DNA of 64,000 nucleotides from a virus (Duplodnaviria; Caudoviricetes): IMG/VR virus record IMGVR_UViG_3300042288_001626; one strand, 5' to 3'. Shown piece by piece: positions 18,833 to 27,027 of this stretch (position 1 is its first letter; each line of letters starts with the position of its first letter). The notes under the pieces were generated by a model. It saw only the letters and a program-made list of their open reading frames with translations, ran no database searches and was not told where the DNA came from. The position numbers and the translations under genes were made by a program.

Positions 18833-19448
18833 GCGATGATATGGGTGTAACTATGAAGTTATTTTTCTTTACTTGCTTGTTAATCTCGGTGTCTTTTACG
18901 TTAAAAAACCCGAGCATGTCTGACATCATTGCACAGCGCAACGAAGTCCCGGTCCTGTTGGCCCGGCTACGGTAATATTGCACCTCAGAAGGATGCATAT
19001 TTTTTTCAATCCAAGAAGCAGCTATCTGAAGAGGGTGTTCTTCAGCAATAGGCTGTACTGCTGGATGGACTGTTGTTATATCAGTAGAAGCCGATATTGG
19101 TCTTCTTGTTACAGTAACTGGTTCCTTTAAGCTCTCGTGAGACTTTATAACGGCAGCTAGCGTTGTCTTATTCTTTGACCCTTTCGGTCTGCCTCTTTTT
19201 TTAGCCTCTGCAACAGGTTGTGCAGCGGCTAGCTCTGGTTGCACATAAACCTTATTCTTTGACCCTTTCGGTCTGCCTCTTTTTTTAGCTATAGGAGCAG
19301 GCTCAGGGGATACTGGAGCTGTATCGGTTTTGGGTTTGTTTTTAGATCCTTTTGGGCGTCCTCTTTTCTTAACAGGGATACAAGCAGAACTACTCGACGT
19401 TGTCTGGGTCTTCTTCTTGTAGCTCCCTTTTCCTAATTTTTCTCTCAT
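18816..19448 (-). CDS. AT-hook DNA-binding protein
   Basis: Three KKRGRPKGSKNK motifs separated by Pro/Ala linkers, then a small helical C-terminal domain. Confidence 0.8.
   Translation of the reverse strand: MREKLGKGSYKKKTQTTSSSSACIPVKKRGRPKGSKNKPKTDTAPVSPEPAPIAKKRGRPKGSKNKVYVQPELAAAQPVAEAKKRGRPKGSKNKTTLAAVIKSHESLKEPVTVTRRPISASTDITTVHPAVQPIAEEHPLQIAASWIEKNMHPSEVQYYRSRANRTGTSLRCAMMSDMLGFFNVKDTEINKQVKKNNFIVTPISSHGLHD
19167..19289. repeat. 39-bp exact direct repeat (19167-19205 and 19251-19289) encoding two AT-hooks
   Basis: cttattctttgaccctttcggtctgcctctttttttagc twice at an 84-nt period; a diverged third copy lies near 19340-19370. Confidence 0.9.
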
Positions 19449-19738
19449 GAGATTTTGCTACGTCGGTATAGTACTTATTTTCAAGTTTTACTCTCTCAAT
19501 ACGTTTATACTGATTGCGTCTATCTCTGGTCTGATATTTTCTTATGGTTCTACTCATAATACCTTCAAGTATAGCATACTCGTTAGTATTTGTAGACCCT
19601 ATAATATTTTTTATTCTTGCCAGAGGATTTTTTTCCTATGATACTGGTGAATATAGACAGTGAAGCGTCCACGAACCTGAACAGGTCGGAGACTTGGCTG
19701 GTTGATTTTTTTCTTTCTTTTGCTTTTTTACTGCTGTT

Positions 19739-21457
19739 ATGACCCATGATGAAATTAAACATACTGTAGAATTGCTGATGCATAGGAACAACGCAAAGTC
19801 ACTGTTCCTAGGGCGTCAGCTTGCCTTCTCGGTACTTCCTCCCTCCTACTTTATCGAAAATTATCTTTACGACAACGAAGGTAGATTGCAGTCATTGGAA
19901 GCTTTCCCGATGCTGAAGCAGATATATGACAATGTGCCTCAGAAAATGATCTTGAAGTGTAGTCGTAAAACTCTAAAGTCTACTTTATTGTCTAATTTTA
20001 TATGTCTAAATTTGATAAGGTTTAATTATTATAAGATGATGTATGTCGGACCTCAGGAGCTGACAACTAAGTATTTTTCTAGTAATTATATTCCTCCGAG
20101 GTTTGAAAGCCCTAAAGTTAAAAATCTTTTATTAAAAGGATGGTTTAAGAATGATGTATTTGAAAAAATATTAGATGATACACATAGTAGTGTGTTGTTT
20201 AGATATTGTAGCGATGATGCCACCAGAACTCGTGGCCCGGCTATTGATTGTGTCGTGTATGATGAAGTACAAGATATACAGCACGACCAGATACCTATTA
20301 TTCAAGAAACTATGGCAATGTCTCCATACAAACGGGAGATATTTGCAGGTACTCCGCTAGACTCAACCAATACAATTCATAAAATCTGGAAAACCAGCAA
20401 TCAGCTGGAATGGATGATGAAGTGCGAATACTGCACACATTGGAACTCACTCACCGAAGGGAACGACCCCCTGAAAATGATTCAGCCTCACGGGTTTAGT
20501 TGCAGCAAATGCTGTAAACAGTTAAACTCCAGGAATGGGGAATGGGTTGCTACAAATCCCGTAAAAGCTTTGCTTACAGGCTATCATCTAGCGCAGCCTA
20601 TATTGCCTCATTTTAACGAAGACCCTAAAGAGTGGAAAGAAATATACGAAAAAGTGCATAGCGGCAAGAACGAGGTTCGAGTTGTTATGAATGAAACTTT
20701 CGGATTATCATACGACATAGGAAGTAAACCTATAACTCAGGAAGAACTCATACGTCTATGTACACTAGGCCCACAATCAGGGTCGGTAGACGAACACAGA
20801 GACCTTCCGATATTAGCTACCAGCCAACACAGATACATCAAATACACAATGGGGGTAGATTGGGGTGTAAGCATGGCACAGTCTAGAACAGTGGCTACCT
20901 TGATTGGTGTGCGTAATGATGGTGTATTGGAAGTGATCATGGCTAAAATATTCAGAGGGCATGATCATGAGGCGCATATACGACAGATAGCAGATATAGC
21001 CAATATGGTTGGAGCTTTCTGTGTGAGTGACAGTGGGCCTGATCCAATTCGTGGAATCAAACTATGCGAGCTTACCAGTCCTCAAAGGTCTCAGTTGGCT
21101 GCATATAGAAGAACTAAAATGATTCAACATTTTGAGCCTGGAGTATATGATTGGAGACAAAACCGTTGGGTTCTTCATAGGTCTGACGTAATATCGCTAG
21201 TTATGAGGCAGCTAAAAGCAGGAAACATCCTATTCCCTCAATGGACTGATGTGAACGAGTACATGCAGGACATACTAAACATATTCATTGAGGTAAAAGA
21301 CGGACTGTTTGGTCAGGAACTGATTTACGACCACCACCCAAAACAGCCAGACGACGCCATGCACAGTCTTGTGTTTGCTGCTTGTGCCGCCTACATGGCT
21401 GTAGGCGACGCCGGGTTGCTGGGACCTAGCTCAACAGCAGGTGAAGACATGAGCTAA
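19739..21457 (+). CDS. terL: terminase large subunit (GpA-like)
   Basis: KCSRKTLKST Walker A variant, TRGPAIDCVVYDE Walker B, AGTP, CEYC...CSKC zinc finger, MGVDWG nuclease motif, C-terminal PDDAMHS. Confidence 0.85.
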   Translation: MTHDEIKHTVELLMHRNNAKSLFLGRQLAFSVLPPSYFIENYLYDNEGRLQSLEAFPMLKQIYDNVPQKMILKCSRKTLKSTLLSNFICLNLIRFNYYKMMYVGPQELTTKYFSSNYIPPRFESPKVKNLLLKGWFKNDVFEKILDDTHSSVLFRYCSDDATRTRGPAIDCVVYDEVQDIQHDQIPIIQETMAMSPYKREIFAGTPLDSTNTIHKIWKTSNQLEWMMKCEYCTHWNSLTEGNDPLKMIQPHGFSCSKCCKQLNSRNGEWVATNPVKALLTGYHLAQPILPHFNEDPKEWKEIYEKVHSGKNEVRVVMNETFGLSYDIGSKPITQEELIRLCTLGPQSGSVDEHRDLPILATSQHRYIKYTMGVDWGVSMAQSRTVATLIGVRNDGVLEVIMAKIFRGHDHEAHIRQIADIANMVGAFCVSDSGPDPIRGIKLCELTSPQRSQLAAYRRTKMIQHFEPGVYDWRQNRWVLHRSDVISLVMRQLKAGNILFPQWTDVNEYMQDILNIFIEVKDGLFGQELIYDHHPKQPDDAMHSLVFAACAAYMAVGDAGLLGPSSTAGEDMS

Positions 21458-22593
21458 AAGAAACCCACTCTGCGTACCTCTTCTTTTTCATATCTGGTGT
21501 TCGCTCCCATATTATATATATCAGCCAAAGTCATACCCTCTTCAATAACTGAGTGGTCTAACCCCAGATGCTTTGCTAGCTTCACACTCTGAGCACGATC
21601 TAGCTCCTTGAACTCGTGACATAGCTTTAATCTTCCTTTACGCAGTAATGCCTCATCAATCTTATCTTTCGATGTATTGAATGTTGCTATAACACTGATA
21701 TTTAGAGCATGTCCTAAAAATCCGTCAGTCAGATTTAAAATAGTAGAAACCAAATCTGAGTTATCTACTGACTCACGACTTAATAGAGCTTTCTCTGCAT
21801 CCTCAATAACAAGAACAATATCTTTGTTTCCCATGAGGAGAGGCATCATATCTGGAGAAACAAGCTTGCCTATCAAGCCTACAGGAATATAAGCAAGTTT
21901 CCTTTTAATAACTCCAGAGCAAAGGTATTTGATATAGGACGATTTACCTGTTCCTGGCGCTCCATGAAAAAGATACAGTCCTGATTTGGTGGTATTCAAG
22001 CTATTGACAAGCTCTTCGCTGATACCTACGAAAGTATCTCCGTAGTTTAGAGCAATATCGGTGCTCATATCCTCTGTAGGTATCGAAGTAAACTCAAGGT
22101 CACCATAAGAGCTAGATAAAATGAATATCTTGCTCTTTTGTTGAATTTTATGGGAATCAAATAGCGTTGCAAGCTCTGAGGCTTGATTGTTGTCAACACA
22201 GACTGCTTTGATACCTACATACACATCGCTCGAGGAGTCGTGATAGCCTGGAGAGAAAAGACGAACTTCGCTAAACGGATATATTGTTTCTCCGTCTCCT
22301 CTTCTGAAATAGACCGACAATAGAGCTCCTTCGAACTTGGTGCCAGCCTTTCCAGCCCATATACCTTCCTCAAACAGTTGTTCTCCGACCTTTGTAAAAG
22401 AAGAACTGAAGGAATCGAAGTACTTACCAACATCCTCTAGAGAGGACATGGTGAAGTCTTCAGAGAAATTCAATGTAGTAGGTATGTAGCCATACATTAC
22501 ATTGAATAGGTACAGCAGATTAATTCCTTGATTGGCTGCGGTAGGAGCAAAGAATGATCGTCCTATCGTAGATTCGCAGTTTAACGGATGCAT
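21454..22593 (-). CDS. single-domain AAA+ ATPase (BCS1-like core)
   Basis: LFHGAPGTGKSS, LVIEDAE, LNLTDG, ATFN, DEALLRKGRL. Confidence 0.85.
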   Translation of the reverse strand: MHPLNCESTIGRSFFAPTAANQGINLLYLFNVMYGYIPTTLNFSEDFTMSSLEDVGKYFDSFSSSFTKVGEQLFEEGIWAGKAGTKFEGALLSVYFRRGDGETIYPFSEVRLFSPGYHDSSSDVYVGIKAVCVDNNQASELATLFDSHKIQQKSKIFILSSSYGDLEFTSIPTEDMSTDIALNYGDTFVGISEELVNSLNTTKSGLYLFHGAPGTGKSSYIKYLCSGVIKRKLAYIPVGLIGKLVSPDMMPLLMGNKDIVLVIEDAEKALLSRESVDNSDLVSTILNLTDGFLGHALNISVIATFNTSKDKIDEALLRKGRLKLCHEFKELDRAQSVKLAKHLGLDHSVIEEGMTLADIYNMGANTRYEKEEVRRVGFF

Positions 22594-23138
22594 GCGTTTA
22601 CGTACCTCTCGGTTATTTTAATTTTCTCGTCAAATATTTCCTGCAAAGCTTCGTTCTTTTCAGTATCATCACCCTCTCTTTCACTCATAATAGCTCGAGG
22701 GAAAAGATTCGGAGGCTTGTGTAGTCCATAGGCATGAAAGATAGCTCCTGCATATACCCTGACTTCTGGAGAAAAGTCTAGTTCCTCTCCTCGTATCAAA
22801 TAGGCTTCTGTGAGTCCGCAAATCAGTTCTTCTGCCTCGAGAGGGTTTATTTCATCGAGGTAGTCTAGCTGGTTATTGAAAAGGTAATTGATAGTCTCGA
22901 AAACATAGATACTGTTCTCGTACTGATCTGTAGTAAGTAGCGTTATACCTCCTTGAATTTTGTCTGACTGCAGGTCAGATAGCTCTACCCCATAATCTTG
23001 CTTAATTTCAAGCTTCAGAACTTCAGGAGCCCACTCATAAGACTCTGCTCCATAAACCTCTGTCACAAGATAGATCAAAGCGGTTACAGGAGCTTTTTCA
23101 TCTTCAAATATTTCTTTTATTGTTTTTTTATTACTCAT
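22581..23138 (-). CDS. hypothetical helical protein
   Basis: 185-aa ORF overlapping the AAA gene start. Confidence 0.65.
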   Translation of the reverse strand: MSNKKTIKEIFEDEKAPVTALIYLVTEVYGAESYEWAPEVLKLEIKQDYGVELSDLQSDKIQGGITLLTTDQYENSIYVFETINYLFNNQLDYLDEINPLEAEELICGLTEAYLIRGEELDFSPEVRVYAGAIFHAYGLHKPPNLFPRAIMSEREGDDTEKNEALQEIFDEKIKITERYVNACIR

Positions 23139-23140
23139 GA

Positions 23141-23239
23141 TTACTTTATGAACAGACTGACCAAAATGATGCCGACAAGTAAACCGACAAGCAAGTCGTC
23201 TAGATCAAATCTAGGGTCGTCTGGAGGATGATAGCACAT
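23141..23239 (-). CDS. 32-aa membrane peptide (below the cutoff)
   Basis: MCYHPPDDPRFDLDDLLVGLLVGIILVSLFIK; stop lies 2 nt before the next start. Confidence 0.5.
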   Translation of the reverse strand: MCYHPPDDPRFDLDDLLVGLLVGIILVSLFIK

Positions 23240-23327
23240 AACTTAAAGTATTTAATAATATTGCCATACACCTTAGCAAACTTTAACAGAGCAGTACAGT
23301 TAAATGTTGGTAGGCAGGAGAGGTGGT

Positions 23328-23359
23328 AAAATAAAAAACCCGGAGGGTTAGTCCGGGTT
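23328..23359 (-). terminator. intrinsic terminator
   Basis: Minus strand AACCCGGA-ctaaccc-TCCGGGTT followed by TTTTATTT. Confidence 0.8.
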
Positions 23360-23375
23360 AGTTAGCTCTGTTTGG

Positions 23376-23993
23376 TTAGGTATCGTAACCTTTACCTAAT
23401 CGCTCTAACAATCTCTTGTGCGTAGAATCAGGGTTCAAAGCGCTAAAGTTGCTTGAGTTCGGTTGCCCTACCAGACCTCCGAGAGGACCGCCTTTCATTC
23501 GACTATCTATTTCGCGCATAACAGGTTGAGCGGCGCGCTCTAACCGAGCCAGCTCTTCCTCAGAGGCTCCAGATTGCATTGCCTGAATAAACTGCTGCAT
23601 AGTTTCTTTTCCTTCCTGAGATGGTGCGTAGCGATTGATTGTATCTCCAAGGAACTCTGAGCTGTTTTCTGGAGGAGAAAATCTTGGGATATGTCCGGAC
23701 ATGTGTTCGTCTAGCTTACGGTAACCTGTGCCTTTAAGTTCGCCGTAAAGTCTTTCCATCTCTGCACGACCTTCAGGGCTTCTAAGCTTTTTAACTCCTG
23801 CAGCTGCTGAATTCCTCCAATTTGCTAAATGCTCGGCAATTTCCGGAGCTTGTTTAAGCCCAGAATTTCTCAAGGCAGCCAACTCATGCATGGCTCCTCC
23901 ACTCTTTAGAAGGAAAGCTGCTTCCTGGCTATTAAACCCGTACTCATTTGCTCTTTTTATAAAGCCTTCTACGTATGCTTGTTCTACACTCAT
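23376..23993 (-). CDS. putative internal head protein with the AY-EG-I-RA-EYG module
   Basis: N-terminus AYVEGFIKRANEYGF...LLKSGGAM is shared with the 62989 and 54076 genes; the internal-head role is inferred. Confidence 0.55.
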   Translation of the reverse strand: MSVEQAYVEGFIKRANEYGFNSQEAAFLLKSGGAMHELAALRNSGLKQAPEIAEHLANWRNSAAAGVKKLRSPEGRAEMERLYGELKGTGYRKLDEHMSGHIPRFSPPENSSEFLGDTINRYAPSQEGKETMQQFIQAMQSGASEEELARLERAAQPVMREIDSRMKGGPLGGLVGQPNSSNFSALNPDSTHKRLLERLGKGYDT

Positions 23994-24007
23994 AATTTAT
24001 TTTGTTG

Positions 24008-25060
24008 TTAGATTGGGCGCAGTCCTGTTAACTCTTCGAGAAGTTTTACATCACTGCGAGGCATTGTGGGCAAGATTTCTGCAATCTTTTCAGGGTCTGC
24101 AGGATCGATACCACTATCTCCGAATGCTTCCTCATAGCGTTCCTTACTGATCTTGACGAGATCATCTAGTTTATATTTGTCTCCATGCACTTCGACATAA
24201 CTCAGATCACTAGCGATTTTAACTATCTGCTCTGTAAATATACAGTCTACAGGATCACCTAAAAGTTGCGCTACTTTAGTCTTATCGTAAAGACCCTCCA
24301 TACTTTCAATATTGTAGCAAGTCTCGGCAATCTTCATGACCTCTTCGACACTGGTCATGTTATGCAAGTCTTCAGCGATCTTGTTGTAAATCTCCTTGTG
24401 CTCATCGCTAGCTAGCTTCGTGCTCCTTCTCCAGAGCTCAGATTGAAGACTAGAAAGGTCTGGATAAAACAGTCCTGCATACTTTGCCAGCAGATCAGGA
24501 AGCTCGTCCACACCTAGCTCTTGTGCAGCTTTTAAGAAATTTCCAGCGGTCGATACACGCACCTCAAAAGGGAAATTTGAAATATTTTTAGTGAAGTGCT
24601 CGGCCGCTTCAGAGAGATCAGAGGCAGTCTTAACAGGATACAACTCAAAAGAACTGTCCGGAGCTGGCGACCAGTTGAGCATATAGCGCTGCGCATAGTC
24701 AGAGGCCTGTTTTTCGTTAAAGCTCGAACCATACTCCTCCAAGTCTTCTGAGATACCAAAAATATCTGCAGCTTGCTTAATAGCGCTTTCTAACTGCGAA
24801 GCGTACTCTTTACCGTACAGCTTAGCGATGGCTGCCTGCTTGTTTATGAAATGAGCGTTGCTAACATACACCCTGGCTGGGGTGTTGATAGGATATATCC
24901 CTCTGTTAGGATCAGCAAAAGCAGTCTTCGGCAGGTCACGTAACTCATGCAAATCTTCGACTTCGGCAGTCTTAACATATTCTGGAATATTGACTCCTGA
25001 CAACATGTTAAATATTTCTTTGCCTGAGTAATCTGTTTGTTGATCAAATGCTATTTTCAT
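24008..25060 (-). CDS. K-x-A-rich putative head-associated protein
   Basis: 15 of 26 Lys carry Ala at +2 (hand count); LPKTAFADPNRGIYPINTP resembles the DUF6582-type LP.SAF...YP motif. Confidence 0.55.
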   Translation of the reverse strand: MKIAFDQQTDYSGKEIFNMLSGVNIPEYVKTAEVEDLHELRDLPKTAFADPNRGIYPINTPARVYVSNAHFINKQAAIAKLYGKEYASQLESAIKQAADIFGISEDLEEYGSSFNEKQASDYAQRYMLNWSPAPDSSFELYPVKTASDLSEAAEHFTKNISNFPFEVRVSTAGNFLKAAQELGVDELPDLLAKYAGLFYPDLSSLQSELWRRSTKLASDEHKEIYNKIAEDLHNMTSVEEVMKIAETCYNIESMEGLYDKTKVAQLLGDPVDCIFTEQIVKIASDLSYVEVHGDKYKLDDLVKISKERYEEAFGDSGIDPADPEKIAEILPTMPRSDVKLLEELTGLRPI

Positions 25061-25066
25061 GATTTC

Positions 25067-25094
25067 ATTATACTATGTTACTAAATTCTTTCAA
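25067..25094 (-). promoter_or_regulatory. sigma70-like promoter TTGAAA-16-TATAAT, leaderless geometry
   Basis: The -10 hexamer ends 6 nt before the ATG at 25060. Confidence 0.6.
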
Positions 25095-26349
25095 TTCTAA
25101 AATAAATTTACCTAGCGTAGTCTCTAAACTCGGAGCGAACACGTCAGATTTTGAGTTTGTCCGAATTCCATTGTTTGGCTGGTATGCGAGAGCAAAGGCT
25201 AGTGATTTCGTTGGTAATATTTTTGATTTTTTCCCAATTAAAGATTGGAACAAGCTTTACAGTATTGTCTGCAGAGACTTCACCGACTGTTTTGATTTCA
25301 ATTTACCATATTCTGAGTATGCTGAAAAGACTCTTTTCAGAGACCAGGCAAAAATAATGCAGTTTCAATCTGCCTGGATAATGAGCTTGCAGGAGGCGGT
25401 ATCTGCGAGAGCCCGGCATAACGACAAGATTATGTACTTCAAAGACATCTTGGAAGACCTAGGCATGCCTACTTTGATAGGTAACAGAATAGGGTACTTG
25501 AACGAGCGAGTGCTTAAAGCTTTTCCTAACCTAAAACTAGACAGCAAGTACAAATACAAAAAGACGCTGTTTATACCAACATTCGCCTCTCCAAAGCATA
25601 TATGTTCTCTTGAAGTGGCAAGGCTGTCGGATATTCACGAAAGAGAGACAGTATTCATAAATGGAGAGTTTGGCTGGTACGGCAAGCAAGGAACACAAAT
25701 AGTCAGGGATTTCAACGAGCTTAAAGGCAAAATAGGCAATACGTGGAATTATAAGAATGACTACTGGAATACAACACCCGTACAGCTATCTGATCTCCTG
25801 GGCACTGAACAGTTGATAAAAATATGGAGTGAAGCCAAACACTCTAATTTTATCCAAAATCTAACAGATCTAATGATAGGCAAGCAAGGTAACGATGAGT
25901 TGAAGAACCACGTACCTATGCTGAATTATACGCAAGTCCAAGAGCTAGAAAAAAAGAGTGGTCAAAAACTTGTTGATTTCTGGATGAAGAGTCGAGAACA
26001 GCAGTTCACTGTACAGAATAAAACGTACGTAAAAAGAGATAAAGCGTACTTCCTTATCAAAAAGAACGAGGAAGAGCAGCTGTCTAACTTTACAATGGAT
26101 ATACAGCAGATACGTAAAAAAAATGAAGATGACTTTATATGGTGTGGAATGGTCTACTTTGAAGAGCACGCTGTCCCTTTTGAGCTTGAAGATAAATACT
26201 TCACATCTTGTTTTTTGTTTGTAAAAGGAATCCGTAAAATGTTTTTGAATCTAGGTATAGGCATTCCTTTCATAAACGAGAAATATGTGAAACAGTTGCT
26301 GACCATGATTCAACTGACATGCCATAACGTCAAGATAGTGGCAGAATAA
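25075..26349 (+). CDS. hypothetical 424-aa protein, lone plus-strand gene
   Basis: Long ORF filling the gap between the 24008 gene and the tmRNA terminator; no clear catalytic motif. Confidence 0.7.
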   Translation: MLLNSFNSKINLPSVVSKLGANTSDFEFVRIPLFGWYARAKASDFVGNIFDFFPIKDWNKLYSIVCRDFTDCFDFNLPYSEYAEKTLFRDQAKIMQFQSAWIMSLQEAVSARARHNDKIMYFKDILEDLGMPTLIGNRIGYLNERVLKAFPNLKLDSKYKYKKTLFIPTFASPKHICSLEVARLSDIHERETVFINGEFGWYGKQGTQIVRDFNELKGKIGNTWNYKNDYWNTTPVQLSDLLGTEQLIKIWSEAKHSNFIQNLTDLMIGKQGNDELKNHVPMLNYTQVQELEKKSGQKLVDFWMKSREQQFTVQNKTYVKRDKAYFLIKKNEEEQLSNFTMDIQQIRKKNEDDFIWCGMVYFEEHAVPFELEDKYFTSCFLFVKGIRKMFLNLGIGIPFINEKYVKQLLTMIQLTCHNVKIVAE

Positions 26350-26358
26350 CTGACAGGT

Positions 26359-26402
26359 AAAAAAGACTCTCCCTACCTCACACCCCTTGTGAGATAGGGA
26401 GA
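26359..26402 (-). terminator. terminator downstream of the tmRNA
   Basis: 15-bp stem TCTCCCTATCTCACA/TGTGAGGTAGGGAGA (one G-U), then GTCTTTTTT. Confidence 0.75.
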
Positions 26403-26421
26403 TTGTTACCCACCCAGAAAA

Positions 26422-26841
26422 TGGTGGACTCGAGGGGAGTTGAACCCCTGTCCTGAACGTCTTCACTACAGATTTCTACACGTTTAGCTTTGTTTTTTAG
26501 TTTAAATAGACGTCGCCAACAAGCAGGCTACGTTTTCTCGATAATCCATTTGTCTCGTTATGTGAAAGCAGGATTAAGTCTTTCACAAACCAGTCCGCTG
26601 CGTGTTACCCTGAAGCTTAGCAGACAGTCAGCTTCAGGCACTCCCTAGGCAGCGAGGAGAGCGTCAGCGTCTGCGTACCCGAAGGCAGCGAGAATCGCGT
26701 CAGCTTCTTCAACCGAAGGAGCGAAGTCAACAATGTTAGTGTTGGCGTTTGCTTTTTGTCCAGATGTTTTTACGAGGCCAACCAGACTTCCTCGACGTGC
26801 GGTCCGTAATTCCAACTCTCAGTCGAAACCAGTACGAGCCC
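26422..26841 (-). ncRNA. ssrA: tmRNA (420 nt, encoded CCA)
   Basis: 5' GGGCTCGTACTGGTTTCGAC; 3' GGGGTTCAACTCCCCTCGAGTCCACCA; acceptor stem GGGCUCG/CGAGUCC with the G3-U alanine determinant; PK1 CGAGG...GTTGGCCTCGTAAAAA; internal tag ORF ending LAA-stop. Confidence 0.95.
26645..26746 (-). other. tmRNA tag reading frame ANTNIVDFAPSVEEADAILAAFGYADADALLAA
   Basis: Resume GCC lies 11 nt after PK1, the same spacing as in E. coli; the in-frame GCA at 26752 is an alternative that would give 35 aa. Confidence 0.8.
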
Positions 26842-26849
26842 ATATAGAA

Positions 26850-26879
26850 AGGTTACTACACCAACAGGTAAAAAAGCAA
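26850..26879 (-). promoter_or_regulatory. candidate tmRNA promoter TTGCTT-18-TAACCT
   Basis: Lies between the upstream terminator and the tmRNA 5' end. Confidence 0.4.
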
Positions 26880-26883
26880 GTAA

Positions 26884-27021
26884 TAGAAAACCCCACACAC
26901 AATTTTTAGCTGTGTGTGGGGTTGGGGACGTAATGGTTAGATTACGTTACCTTTCCACCACTTGCATTTTATTTTACGAGAATGCAAGAACTCGTCGCTG
27001 TTTAGGCTAAGTAATCCTAAT
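26884..27021 (-). ncRNA. putative small structured RNA with an H-type pseudoknot
   Basis: Bounded by an extended -10 (TGgTATAAT, 27028-27036) and a 13-bp terminator (26889-26923); ACGAG/CTCGT plus CTTGCATT/AATGCAAG stems; ACGTAAT/ATTACGT hairpin; only a 6-codon ORF. Confidence 0.5.
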
Positions 27022-27027
27022 CAATGT

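Noticed and set aside
930-21457. Inteins or introns in the helicase, Rad50 or terminase
   Set aside because: Motif spacing and lengths are normal, with no C-terminal HN-C/S/T splice junction or homing-endonuclease motifs.
26422-26460. Stand-alone tRNA (T-arm plus CCA)
   Set aside because: It pairs with a 5' end 420 nt away and encloses a tag ORF, so it is the tRNA-like domain of tmRNA.
26961-26995. preQ1-I riboswitch call
   Set aside because: The topology is similar, but the loop ends in U rather than the ligand-pairing C and no queuosine gene follows; kept only as an unassigned pseudoknot.
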